IMG/VR virus record: IMGVR_UViG_3300042462_000689
Strand: one strand, 5' to 3'
DNA: 64,000 nucleotides
Source: a virus
A model generated the notes under the pieces. The model made no database searches. It saw only the letters and a program-made list of their open reading frames with translations, and was not told the DNA's origin. This document shows positions 1 through 9,535 of the stretch, piece after piece. Numbering within the stretch: the first letter of the stretch is position 1; each line of letters opens with the position of its first letter. The position numbers and the translations under genes are program-made.

Positions 1-2
1 AT

Positions 3-119
3 CCAATTGCCCGACAGGTGAAAATCGCGGACATGCTGTCCAACCTGGCGGACAGCCCGACGAGAAAGCAGATCATCAAATACTCCCGCGGGCTGCTGCA
101 TTTGCACGGGGAGAAGTAG
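3..119 (+). CDS. 3' end of HD-domain phosphohydrolase (RelA/SpoT hydrolase-like), 5'-truncated by the window
   Basis: Manual frame-3 translation PIARQVKIADMLSNLADSPTRKQIIKYSRGLLHLHGEK*; VKIAD-x-L-x-N resembles the VKLADRLHN motif of HD_4-type hydrolases. Only 38 aa visible. Confidence 0.55.
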   Translation, partial: PIARQVKIADMLSNLADSPTRKQIIKYSRGLLHLHGEK

Positions 120-136
120 GAACCCATTTTGTTGGG

Positions 137-188
137 GGCGGGAGTGCTGGCGTAATTGCCGGTGCTCCCGCCATTCCCGCTTTTCTTT
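137..188 (+). terminator. Rho-independent terminator-like hairpin
   Basis: GGCGGGAGTGCTGGC / GCCGGTGCTCCCGCC stem (137-172, some G-U pairs) followed by ATTCCCGCTTTTCTTT, downstream of the TAG at 117-119. Confidence 0.6.
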
Positions 189-213
189 CGCTATGAGATC
201 CGGTGATTCAGGT

Positions 214-241
214 TTGCAGGATGCGGGCAATCCGGTAAGCT
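214..241 (+). promoter_or_regulatory. sigma70-like promoter, leaderless geometry, overlapped by a 9-bp inverted repeat
   Basis: TTGCAG(214-219)-N16-TAAGCT(236-241)-N6-ATG(248); ATGCGGGCA(221-229)/TGCCCGCAT(241-249). Confidence 0.5.
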
Positions 242-247
242 GCCCGC

Positions 248-799
248 ATGCCTTCAGAGATCGACGACGCCATTTCTCAAATCGCTGCTGCCCGTGCCAG
301 CATCAAATCCGCCTTTCAACCGCCGGCTCCACAGCAGGCCGCGCCGCCCCAGGGTCAACCTGGACAACCGCCACCGCAAGCCGGCCCTCCTCCAGGCGAT
401 CCTTCGCAAATGCAGGGCCCTCCTCCGGGTGCTGGTGGTCCTCCGCCAGAGATGCCACCGCAGGATCCCAATGCCCAGGCAGGTCCAATTCCAGGTGCCG
501 ACCCAAATGCCGGCGGTGCACCTCCACCGCAAGGAGATCCCAGCCAGCAGCCCGGACAGGCGCAGCAGGCGCCCGATGTGGTGAACGGCCTGCAGCAATT
601 GGCCCAGGCCATGGACAAGATGATGACCGCCCACGAGGCCACCACCGCCCAATTGCAGAAGCTGCAGCAGGATTTCCACGCGCAGAACAAAGAGATGGCA
701 GTGCTCAAGCATGTCACCGGGGAACATCAGAGGATGGTCGGTGAGCACCAGAAGGCGCTTTATGCACCGGCCCCCTATCAAGAGGGCGTCACCGCTTAA
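248..799 (+). CDS. Pro/Gln/Gly-rich protein with C-terminal coiled coil; probable head-associated protein
   Basis: 183-aa ORF; N-terminal helix ending in IKSAF (K-x-A), low-complexity PQG middle, heptad-like C-terminus. Confidence 0.7.
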   Translation: MPSEIDDAISQIAAARASIKSAFQPPAPQQAAPPQGQPGQPPPQAGPPPGDPSQMQGPPPGAGGPPPEMPPQDPNAQAGPIPGADPNAGGAPPPQGDPSQQPGQAQQAPDVVNGLQQLAQAMDKMMTAHEATTAQLQKLQQDFHAQNKEMAVLKHVTGEHQRMVGEHQKALYAPAPYQEGVTA

Positions 800-825
800 T
801 TTCAAATCCACACACACACACACAA

Positions 826-1566
826 ATGAATCCTCGTCTCTTCGGCGCCTACCTTTCCACTGTAAAATATGCTGCGGCTCCAGCGGCGGCCCCCAAAGCA
901 CCAGCAAGCCCTACCCCACCTCCTCAGAGTTTCATGAGCATGGGGGTGCCAGGAACAAAAAAGAGCACCATCATCAACTTCCGCAATCTCCCCGGCTATG
1001 TCCCGCTCAACAACGGCGGACTTCCCACCACATCAAACTTTATGCAGGAACATGGGCCGTCTGGTTTTACCACGCGGGCTCTCGGTGCGGGTATCGCCGG
1101 CGCAGTTGTAAATCCTGGCCGGCTGACGCGAAACATCGTCGCTACTGGTCTCGGCAATGCCGTCAATCAGCTCGCGAACCCGCAAAGCGCGTTTCATCAA
1201 GGGCTCAAAAATCTGGGGACGAATCCTGGCGTGTTCTCGGCCGCTGGCGCCGCCGCCCTCCACCCATCCATTTCGGACGAAGCCCTGCAGCATGGCGGAT
1301 ATAAGGCGCCTGCACCAGGTGTCACTTACCAGCGCCCCACTCCGGCTCCTCCACCAGGTGTCATTTACCCGCGCCCCACTCCGGCTCCTCCACCAGGTGT
1401 CATTTACCCGCGCCCCACTCCGGCTCCTCCACCAGGTGTCATTTACCCGCGCCCCACTCCGGCTCCTCCACCAGGTGCCGGATTTGGTCATGGTCCTGGT
1501 CCCAAGGTCAAATCTTCATACATCAACCCCCGCATCTTCGGCGCAATGCTCGCCCAGCTCCGCTAA
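826..1566 (+). CDS. NPRLFGA-tagged cargo protein 1 (Pro-rich, 13-aa repeats)
   Basis: 246 aa; begins MNPRLFGAYLSTVKYAA and ends KVKSSYINPRIFGAMLAQLR; both ends recur in other ORFs (21854, 28390). Confidence 0.8.
   Translation: MNPRLFGAYLSTVKYAAAPAAAPKAPASPTPPPQSFMSMGVPGTKKSTIINFRNLPGYVPLNNGGLPTTSNFMQEHGPSGFTTRALGAGIAGAVVNPGRLTRNIVATGLGNAVNQLANPQSAFHQGLKNLGTNPGVFSAAGAAALHPSISDEALQHGGYKAPAPGVTYQRPTPAPPPGVIYPRPTPAPPPGVIYPRPTPAPPPGVIYPRPTPAPPPGAGFGHGPGPKVKSSYINPRIFGAMLAQLR
1315..1477 (+). repeat. 39-bp in-frame tandem repeat x4 (PGVIYPRPTPAPP)
   Basis: Unit ccaggtgtcatttacccgcgccccactccggctcctcca at 1354, 1393 and 1432, a variant at 1315, partial copy at 1471. Confidence 0.95.
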
Positions 1567-1809
1567 ATGCCAATTCGCATCCGCCATACCGACGGCCAGG
1601 TATTTGAACTGCCGCCCACCGCTCGCTTCGTCGAATTGACGGATTTGCAGGGGGACATCGGCCATTTGATCGTCATCAAGGAAGGCGGGCAGATGCAGAT
1701 GTTCAGCGCGAAGGAGGATGCCACCTATTGCGCCAAATACGCCGCGGCATTCAAAACCAAATTCTGCAAGGTCATCAAGGTTGACCCCAGGCAATTGAGC
1801 CCCACGTAA
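1567..1809 (+). CDS. hypothetical protein (80 aa)
   Basis: ATG directly abuts the upstream TAA; codon usage matches neighbours. Confidence 0.7.
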   Translation: MPIRIRHTDGQVFELPPTARFVELTDLQGDIGHLIVIKEGGQMQMFSAKEDATYCAKYAAAFKTKFCKVIKVDPRQLSPT

Positions 1810-1812
1810 TCC

Positions 1813-2631
1813 ATGCCACTCCAAAGCGCACAAATCTCACTCAGCAGCGGGCAGCAGACCGGCACCGTCACCTTCCCGACGCCATTTGCCTTCACGCCTG
1901 TCCCGCCGCTGATCCTTCCAGTGGTGCAGAACTTCTCGGCCGATCCGGTCATCCTGCAATTGTGGGTGACGGTGACGGACTGCGATGCAAATGGATTTGA
2001 TTTCCTCCTGTCCGCCCCGACCAACACCGCCAATTACAAGCTGGTCTACCAGGCCGGCCTGCCGGATGCATTATATGTGGCGACTCAGGGGCGGAGGCTG
2101 ACGGACGAGACGGTATTCAGTGGAACGCTGGCCTCGGGTGATTTGATCCCCATGGTGCAGATGGCCCCCATCCCACAGTCATTTGCCATGCCCATTTCGG
2201 CATTGCAGGCGGCCTTCCCTTCCAATCTGGCCGCAGTCCCTAACACGCCGGCATCGACCACCGGGCAGGTTCATTCATTCCTGACCGACGACAATTACCT
2301 ATATGCCAGGACTCCATCGGGAGTTGGGCGCATTGGCCTTTCGCGCACGCAATGGTCCCTGCCCGACCTGGCATTGAAAATCGATCGCGGATCCCATCTC
2401 TGCACCGCGGCAATCACCCAGACCATCACGTTCGCTGCCACGTTCCCGGTCATTCCGCACGTTCAATTCACAATTCGCAATACCGTCGCCGGAGACAAGC
2501 TGCTGCTCACCGGCAATATCACGGCACGCTCCACTACCGCAGCCACCATCACCCTCAATGCAGTGCCCACAAACGGCACGGACTACTACATTGATTGGAA
2601 GGCGGAATCCGCTCAGGTGGAATCCGCTTAG
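1813..2631 (+). CDS. fibre/whisker-like virion protein with two H-type-lectin-like beta domains
   Basis: Two 'GTVTFP..F...P.V..T..N...T..GF' type units (N- and C-terminal); the N-terminal unit is paralogous to the N-terminus of ORF 38568. Confidence 0.6.
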   Translation: MPLQSAQISLSSGQQTGTVTFPTPFAFTPVPPLILPVVQNFSADPVILQLWVTVTDCDANGFDFLLSAPTNTANYKLVYQAGLPDALYVATQGRRLTDETVFSGTLASGDLIPMVQMAPIPQSFAMPISALQAAFPSNLAAVPNTPASTTGQVHSFLTDDNYLYARTPSGVGRIGLSRTQWSLPDLALKIDRGSHLCTAAITQTITFAATFPVIPHVQFTIRNTVAGDKLLLTGNITARSTTAATITLNAVPTNGTDYYIDWKAESAQVESA

Positions 2632-2643
2632 CCGTAATTTCAT

Positions 2644-4683
2644 ATGATCATCGCTCCAATTACCAACGGCAGGCTGGAATCCGACCTGGACGCCAACGAC
2701 AAGATCATTGCCGGACCGGAAAAAATCTCCATCGGCAATGACACCACAGGCACCGCACGCCTGCATATCCTTCCCGGAGAAACACCCACCGACGATGAGG
2801 ACGGCATTTGGATCGGGGATGATGTGAAGCTGTACCGCGGAGCCACCGGGCAATTGAACATCGTCGGCAATTTGGTGGTCTCGGGGACGGTGTCGGCGGG
2901 CAATGCTGTCATCACACTGACCAGCACCAACGCCTGGACCGGACCCAATTCATTTTCCGGCACCGTCACAGCCACCGGTGCGCTCTACGTCAACAACGGC
3001 ACCGCCGGTATCACTTTCAGCGGCCCGGCGGCCACCGCAACACGCATCCACCTCGGTGTGGACATTGGCAGCGACGTGCAGGAATGGAGCGCACAGCTGG
3101 ACACCATTGCCGACCTGGCAGTCACATCGGGCAGCATCATGGTGGCCAACGGGTCCACTTGGACTTCCGTCTCTGGCAGCAGCGCCCGCACGGCCATTGG
3201 GTTGGGTTCTTCGGACAATGTCACGTTCGCCGAATTGACCACCACAGGGGATGTCATCTTTGGCAATGCCGCTACGGACACGGTGACGCTCAATGGCAAG
3301 GCGGCCTTCCCGAATGCAACCTCACTGACCTACGCGGTTTCAATTGGCGGGCTGACCATTTACAATTCCAGCGGAGTGCTGACCTTTGGCAGCGCGGTCA
3401 GCGTGGAGGCATTGACGGCCACCGGGCTTGTGTCATTTCCAAATGCCACCGGTTCAGGCACCGGGCTATTGTTCGGCGGAGACGCCACCCTTTACCGTTC
3501 AGCCTCCGATACCCTCAAGACGGACGGGGCATTTATTGCCGCAGGGCTCACCCTGACGGGAACTCCATTGGCCTCCGCAAGCGGGGGCACCGGCGTCGGG
3601 ACATTTGCACAGGACGTCATGCTGTATGCCAGTGCGGCCAATACGTGGAGTGTGGCTTCATTGTCCGCGGCGGTGCGAGCCACCCTGGGCAGTGCGGACC
3701 TGGCGACTTTCCGCACGGCTGTTGGTTTCGTGGGGGCCAATCTGGACACGGGTGGAATTGCCACCGCCAAGATCGCGGATGGGGCAATTACATCGGCCAA
3801 GATCGCAGACGGCACCATTGCCACCGGGGACATTGCCGATGGGGCAATTACCGCGGCCAAGCTTGCCGCCGGTGCGGTGACCAGTGCGGCCCTGGGGTCT
3901 GTCATCACGGCGGGCACCTACGGGGACGCCAGCAATGTTCCCATCATCCAGGTGAACGCGCAAGGACAGGTCGTGGCGATCACACCGACCGCAATTACGG
4001 CCGCCACGGTAGCCGGCAATTACATTGCCACGTTGACGTTGGGTTCCGGGCTGACATTTACAGCGGGTGCCGGCACTGGCAATGCGGCCGCCCCGACTCT
4101 GGCAGTGGATTCCACAGTGCTTGCTTACGTCACCAACGTCATGACCGTCCCCACGGGCAAAACCATTGCGGTGGCCTCGGGAGGCACACTGACATTAGCG
4201 GGGGCTGCAACGGTGTCCTCGGGCGGTACAGTGACTGTGTCCTCCGGGGGCGCGGTGACGGTCGCTTCTGGCGGCACGATGACATTGGCTGGAGCGGCTA
4301 CTGTGTCCTCTGGCGGCACGGTGACAGTGGCATCGGGTGGTGCTGTGACCGTGGCATCTGGCGCCACAATGACCTTGGCTGGTGCGGCGACTGTATCCTC
4401 GGGTGGTGCTGTGACGGTAGCGTCTGGCGCCACAGTGACTCTGGCCGGTGCGGCGACTGTGTCTTCGGGTGGTACAGTGGCTGTAGCTTCCGGTGGAGCG
4501 GTGACGGTAGCCTCGGGGGCCACGATGACATTTTCCACGGGAGCCACCTTGTTAATTCCGGAGGCGACACCAGCCTCTGCCTCCGCCACGGGGGTGAAGG
4601 GAACGATCGTGTGGGATACCTCGTATTTGTACATTTGCACTGCAACAAATACTTGGCGCAGAATCGCCCATGCCACGTGGTGA
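2644..4683 (+). CDS. tail fibre protein
   Basis: 679 aa Gly/Thr/Ala-rich; DGAITSAKIA-type repeats, TVASGG/LAGAATVSS repeats, C-terminal GVKGTIVWDTSYLYICTATNTWRR typical of fibre C-termini. Confidence 0.8.
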   Translation: MIIAPITNGRLESDLDANDKIIAGPEKISIGNDTTGTARLHILPGETPTDDEDGIWIGDDVKLYRGATGQLNIVGNLVVSGTVSAGNAVITLTSTNAWTGPNSFSGTVTATGALYVNNGTAGITFSGPAATATRIHLGVDIGSDVQEWSAQLDTIADLAVTSGSIMVANGSTWTSVSGSSARTAIGLGSSDNVTFAELTTTGDVIFGNAATDTVTLNGKAAFPNATSLTYAVSIGGLTIYNSSGVLTFGSAVSVEALTATGLVSFPNATGSGTGLLFGGDATLYRSASDTLKTDGAFIAAGLTLTGTPLASASGGTGVGTFAQDVMLYASAANTWSVASLSAAVRATLGSADLATFRTAVGFVGANLDTGGIATAKIADGAITSAKIADGTIATGDIADGAITAAKLAAGAVTSAALGSVITAGTYGDASNVPIIQVNAQGQVVAITPTAITAATVAGNYIATLTLGSGLTFTAGAGTGNAAAPTLAVDSTVLAYVTNVMTVPTGKTIAVASGGTLTLAGAATVSSGGTVTVSSGGAVTVASGGTMTLAGAATVSSGGTVTVASGGAVTVASGATMTLAGAATVSSGGAVTVASGATVTLAGAATVSSGGTVAVASGGAVTVASGATMTFSTGATLLIPEATPASASATGVKGTIVWDTSYLYICTATNTWRRIAHATW

Positions 4684-4692
4684 CCCCTGCGG

Positions 4693-4744
4693 TTTGCGCT
4701 TCCTCTGATTTGCGCTTCCTCTGATTTGCGCTTCCTCTGATTTG
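4693..4744. repeat. intergenic 16-bp direct repeat x3 (TTTGCGCTTCCTCTGA)
   Basis: Perfect copies at 4693-4708, 4709-4724 and 4725-4740, plus TTTG; no spacers. Confidence 0.95.
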
Positions 4745-4770
4745 TCCGACCTGTCATTCTTTTCTCCCTG

Positions 4771-6000
4771 ATGCCTGACTTCATATTTCCAATCCAAGAC
4801 GGGAAGTTGATCAATGCCCTGGACGCAAATGGTCAGGAGATTGCCGACGCCAATTTGACCGGGACGACGTTGCTTGATGGGGTTGCCATCACCGCCACGC
4901 TCGACGACAAGCTCGATGCCAGCGCCCTCGACACCGATGGCACGATGGCAGCGGACAGCGATACCAGGGTCGCCAGTCAAAAAGCCACCCGCACCTACGT
5001 CGCGAGCGTCCTGGCCGGCGTCTCGAAAAACAAAGGGCCACTGGATTGCAGCACAGACCCGAATTACCCGGCCGCACTGAACGGAGATTATTACCGCTGT
5101 TCGGTCGCGGGCAAGGTCGGCGGCGCATCCGGCGTCGTCGTGGAGGTCGCGGATCTCATCATGTGCGTTGCGGACAATGCGGGCGGCACGCAGGCGAGCG
5201 TGGGCACGAGCTGGATCGTCGGGCAGGCCAATATCGCCGGGATCACGACTGCCGGGCTGGCGATGATGCAGGCTGCGGATGAGGAGGGGCAGGCCGGGTT
5301 GCTGGATGCGTTTCTGCTCTCGCTGTCAGGCGGCACGATGGACGAGAACGCCATCGTCAATCTGTTCAACGGCTCCCAATTCAAGCAGTCCATGCCGAAC
5401 AAAGGCATCGCTGGCACCGCAGGATTCTCAATCATCTGCTCGGTGGGCTACGAGTATAAGTTTGCAAATGGCTACCTGTTCGTCCTCTCGGATGGCAGTT
5501 CGACGGTTCGCAAAGTCCTCTACGCACCCGTTGCCCCTACCGTCACCGACGACGAAACGCTCGGCTACACCACGGACACGACGTGGGAAATGGCGGACGG
5601 CACTCCATATTACTGCTTGGATGCTTCCACCGGCGCTGCGGTGTGGTCTCGGGGGCAGAAGCCGGTCGGAGCGTATTCGATTGGTGAGCTCACCGGAAAT
5701 GTCACCCTGAGCCTCGCCAACGGCGGGACGCAATACGGCAACATGAGCGGGAACACCACGTTTCAGGTGCCGACCGGAACCCCGGAGGAATGCGTCTCTG
5801 AAATCACGGTGATCGTAAGGTGGGCAGACGGAGCGCACACATTGGACTTCCATGCGGACATCCAACGGGCCAGCGACAGCGCGGCAACCTTCCCCAAGAC
5901 ACTCACGGCTTGGAAGTCCTATATTTTCAAACTCAAATACATGGGCGGGGAATGGTGCCTCGTTTCCCTTACTGGAGGATTCACGGAGTCCGTGGATTAA
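4771..6000 (+). CDS. tail fibre-associated protein
   Basis: 409 aa; SDTRVASQKATRTYV fibre motif; C-terminal LSLANG..Q...MSGNTTF..P fibre-tip-like domain. Confidence 0.7.
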   Translation: MPDFIFPIQDGKLINALDANGQEIADANLTGTTLLDGVAITATLDDKLDASALDTDGTMAADSDTRVASQKATRTYVASVLAGVSKNKGPLDCSTDPNYPAALNGDYYRCSVAGKVGGASGVVVEVADLIMCVADNAGGTQASVGTSWIVGQANIAGITTAGLAMMQAADEEGQAGLLDAFLLSLSGGTMDENAIVNLFNGSQFKQSMPNKGIAGTAGFSIICSVGYEYKFANGYLFVLSDGSSTVRKVLYAPVAPTVTDDETLGYTTDTTWEMADGTPYYCLDASTGAAVWSRGQKPVGAYSIGELTGNVTLSLANGGTQYGNMSGNTTFQVPTGTPEECVSEITVIVRWADGAHTLDFHADIQRASDSAATFPKTLTAWKSYIFKLKYMGGEWCLVSLTGGFTESVD

Positions 6001-6003
6001 TTT

Positions 6004-9000
6004 ATGCCGACACGCTACTTCAAAAACTCGGTTGACCAAAACTGGGACGTCCCCGGGAACTGGTGGGCAGACGCCGCCTGCACTGAGGGCTTTTCCGGCA
6101 CCCTGACCGGCGTGAATGTCACGGACACGGACACGGAAGTGACCTGCGACAGCACGGCGGGTCTTGTGGTGGGGCGCCCTATCACCGGCACCGGCATAGA
6201 CACAGGCACTACGGTCGCGAGCATCACGGATGGCACGACGTTTGAACTGAGCCTGCCAGCCATCGCCAACGGCAGTAGCAACCTCACTTGTGAATTGCAT
6301 GGGATTCCCGTGACCGCCGATGATGTCGTCATCGCGACTGGCAACGGCACGGTGGTTGCCCTCCCTTCGGCGGACGTGCTCGGGTTGGTGACGGTGAATG
6401 GGGACAGCGTGCTGGATGTAGGTATGTGGCCGTCTGTGGGGCTATCAGCCGCTAGCTTCGAGTTCAATGACACCAGTTACAATTCAGGCTACATCGCCGG
6501 AAACTGCACCTTCAACGACTCTAGTGCCAACTACGAGGGCAATATCGCCGGAAACTGCACCTTCAATGATTCCAGCTTCAGCTACGGCTCCATCACCGGA
6601 GACTGTACCTTCAACGATACTAGTAGCACCACCCTCGATGTCACCGGAAACTGCACCTTCAATGATTCCAGCTTCAACAATTGGGGCTACATCGCCGGAG
6701 ACTGCACCTTCAATGGCTCCAGCTACAACGGTTCTTCTTCCGCCTCCATCACCGGAGACTGTACCTTCAACGACAGCAGCTACAACGACGGCACCATCAC
6801 CGGTGAGGTCGCCTTCAACGGCAACAGTCGTAACGGCAACAATTCTCCTGTGGTAAACGGCATCATCAACGGGGACTTTACGTGGGGTAGTTCCAATTAC
6901 AACTACGGAATCATCAACGGTGACTGCGTAGGCGGCGCGGTCTTAAATGAGTACCCTGGCGTTATCAACGGAAACTGCACGGTAGCCTCCGGCGGGACGG
7001 TTGCCATCAACGGATGCGTCATCAACGGCGACTGTGACTTCCTTAATGGAGGTTACTCCTTTGGCAGCAGTGCGGTTATTACCGGCAACGTCACGTTCTC
7101 TGGTAGTAGCTATGGCGGTATGTATGGCGGAACCATCAACGGAGATGTTACCTTCAACGACTCTACCGCACTGCAAGGCAGTGGCACCATTACCGGAACA
7201 GTCACCTTCAACAACAGCACCCAAAAAACAGGGGGCTACATATATGGTAATCCAACCTTCAACGATTCCAGTGCTTACGCATGGGGCAGCTCAGGCACAA
7301 TCTTTGGTGATCCAACTTTTAATGACTACACGACGTGTAGTGGCGACATTACCGGAAATGTTACCTTAAACGATAATGCCTATTACTCGGGTGACACAAC
7401 GGGCAATGTTTCGTTCACAATGACGACGTTCGTGAGTGACCCTCTGAACAGCGTATACGGCGGATACGTGAGCGGTACGGTAGATTTTCCAAACGGGGCC
7501 ACCTTCACGCTGGCAAACTCAGAATCATGGATTGTGGACGCTTCCGCATGGACAGGCACACTTGCATGGGAGTTTAACGACACCAGCTACAACGCCAGCG
7601 GAGCCACCGTCACAGGAAACCCCACCTTTAACGACACCAGCTACAACGCCAGCGGAGCCACCATCACCGGCAATCCAACCTTCAATGACTCCAGCTACAA
7701 CCAAGGCTACATCTCTGCGACCTCTGTCACCTTCAATGATTACAGCTACAACCGCAGTGACAGCGGTAATCCGCTAGTCGCCACCTCTGTCACCTTCAAC
7801 GATTACAGCTTCAACGGTCTCGACAACGTCGCAGGCGGTTACATCACCGGAGACTGCACATTTAACGACTTCAGCTTCAACGAATACAACGGCTACATCA
7901 CCGGCAACGCCACGTTCACCGCAGCTGAATACTCGGCACTGGGGGGAAATTATTATTACGGCAGCGACCCACAGCGGGGCACCGTCTCAGGTACCGTCAC
8001 CTTTACCAGCCTCACGCCAGTCAAGTTCACGATGGCGGGAAATGTGTGGTATTCGGACACAACCGGATGGGTGTTTGATACCGCTGGTCAGAATTGGGAG
8101 TTCAACGGCGAGAGCTACGTCCTCGGCACCATCACCGGCGATTGTGTGTTCAACGGCGGTGACAGTTATTCAATCCCCTACCAAATCCAAGGAACGGTCA
8201 ATGGCAACTGTGTGTTCAATGTCTACAACGCCATCGGAACCTCTGGTGTCGTCAACGGCGATTGTGTGTTCAACAACGCTAAGGTCGACGGTACCGTCAA
8301 CGGAAACTGCACGTTCAACGGCTACAGTTGGAGCACTAGTACTAGCAACATCACTGGAGACTGCGAATTTTATGGTAACTCCGCTCAGGGCACCATCACT
8401 GGCGACGTCACGTTCTATAGTGGCTACAACACCGGAACCATCACCGGCAACGTCACGTTCTCTGGTGGCTACAACAGCGGCACCATCACCGGCAACGCAT
8501 CGTTCACCGACACTGCATTCTCCACAGCTACCACAGGATTTTTCAACCCACAGCAAGGCACCGTCACAGGCGGCACCGTGGACTTCCCGAATGGAGCTAC
8601 ATTCACTCTGGCAGGCTCTGAGGTATGGACTACGGACGCCTTTGCATGGACAGGCACACTCGCATGGGTGTTCAACGACACCAGTGCCAACAGCTGGGGT
8701 AGCACCATCACTGGCACCGTCACGTTCAACGATTCCAGCTACAACGGTGGCAGCGGCGTCACCATCATCGGCGACCCAACATTCAACGATAACAGCTACA
8801 ACGGCTACAGCACCATCACCGGCAATCCAACCTTCAACGACAACAGCTACAATGCTAGCGGAGGCGGCATCACCGGCAATCCAACATTCAACGATTACAG
8901 CTACACCACCGGCACCATCACAGGCAACTGCACGTTCAACGATACTAGCTACGTCGATGACAACGGAATCATCACCGGCAACGCCACCTTCACCAACACC

Positions 9001-9534
9001 GCCTTCTCCACGGCAACCACTGGATTCTACAACCCACAGCAAGGCACCGTTTCAGGCACCGTGGATTTCCCGAATGGAGCCACCTTCACGCTGGCAAGCG
9101 GAGAAGTATGGGCTACGGACGCCTCCATATGGACTGGCACACTCGCATGGGAGTTCAACGACACCAGCTACAACGCCGAGCGCATCACCGGAGATTGCAC
9201 CTTTAATGGTTACAGCTACGGCACAGTATCCGGTTCCGTCATCGTCGGCAACTGCACCTTCAACGGCTCCAAATACCACGGTAATGGCACCATCACTGGT
9301 AATGTCTCATTCCGTGAATCTTCCTACAGCGGAGCCAGCGGCATCACAGGAAACGTGACATTCTACGATTCCAGCTACAACTCCAGCGGTGTCATCATCA
9401 CCGGCAACGGCATCATCCGCCAGCACGCCGCTGCATTCGTCGCATGGCGGGACTACGCCACGTCCGCCTACATCACCGGCACGCTCACCTTACAATTCCC
9501 CGAGATGGACATCCTCGGCACCGGCCTGCTATAA
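6004..9534 (+). CDS. large repetitive beta-helix tail spike / adhesin
   Basis: 1176 aa with dozens of G-x-I-T-G-[ND]-[CVP]-T-F-N-D-x-S-Y-N units and three longer GTVDFPNGATFTLA...WTGTLAW blocks. Confidence 0.8.
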   Translation: MPTRYFKNSVDQNWDVPGNWWADAACTEGFSGTLTGVNVTDTDTEVTCDSTAGLVVGRPITGTGIDTGTTVASITDGTTFELSLPAIANGSSNLTCELHGIPVTADDVVIATGNGTVVALPSADVLGLVTVNGDSVLDVGMWPSVGLSAASFEFNDTSYNSGYIAGNCTFNDSSANYEGNIAGNCTFNDSSFSYGSITGDCTFNDTSSTTLDVTGNCTFNDSSFNNWGYIAGDCTFNGSSYNGSSSASITGDCTFNDSSYNDGTITGEVAFNGNSRNGNNSPVVNGIINGDFTWGSSNYNYGIINGDCVGGAVLNEYPGVINGNCTVASGGTVAINGCVINGDCDFLNGGYSFGSSAVITGNVTFSGSSYGGMYGGTINGDVTFNDSTALQGSGTITGTVTFNNSTQKTGGYIYGNPTFNDSSAYAWGSSGTIFGDPTFNDYTTCSGDITGNVTLNDNAYYSGDTTGNVSFTMTTFVSDPLNSVYGGYVSGTVDFPNGATFTLANSESWIVDASAWTGTLAWEFNDTSYNASGATVTGNPTFNDTSYNASGATITGNPTFNDSSYNQGYISATSVTFNDYSYNRSDSGNPLVATSVTFNDYSFNGLDNVAGGYITGDCTFNDFSFNEYNGYITGNATFTAAEYSALGGNYYYGSDPQRGTVSGTVTFTSLTPVKFTMAGNVWYSDTTGWVFDTAGQNWEFNGESYVLGTITGDCVFNGGDSYSIPYQIQGTVNGNCVFNVYNAIGTSGVVNGDCVFNNAKVDGTVNGNCTFNGYSWSTSTSNITGDCEFYGNSAQGTITGDVTFYSGYNTGTITGNVTFSGGYNSGTITGNASFTDTAFSTATTGFFNPQQGTVTGGTVDFPNGATFTLAGSEVWTTDAFAWTGTLAWVFNDTSANSWGSTITGTVTFNDSSYNGGSGVTIIGDPTFNDNSYNGYSTITGNPTFNDNSYNASGGGITGNPTFNDYSYTTGTITGNCTFNDTSYVDDNGIITGNATFTNTAFSTATTGFYNPQQGTVSGTVDFPNGATFTLASGEVWATDASIWTGTLAWEFNDTSYNAERITGDCTFNGYSYGTVSGSVIVGNCTFNGSKYHGNGTITGNVSFRESSYSGASGITGNVTFYDSSYNSSGVIITGNGIIRQHAAAFVAWRDYATSAYITGTLTLQFPEMDILGTGLL

Positions 9535-9535
9535 T
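9506..9535 (+). promoter_or_regulatory. sigma70-like promoter with extended -10
   Basis: TGGACA(9506-9511)-N18-TATAAT(9530-9535) with TG at 9527-9528; overlaps the spike stop codon. Confidence 0.55.

Noticed and set aside
1315-4744. Repeats at 1315-1477 and 4693-4744 as CRISPR arrays
   Set aside because: Head-to-tail units without unique spacers, and no cas genes in view.
6004-9534. Diversity-generating retroelement or invertible cassette acting on the spike gene
   Set aside because: No reverse transcriptase or recombinase in the window, repeats are direct and in-frame, and I saw no adenine-specific mismatch pattern.
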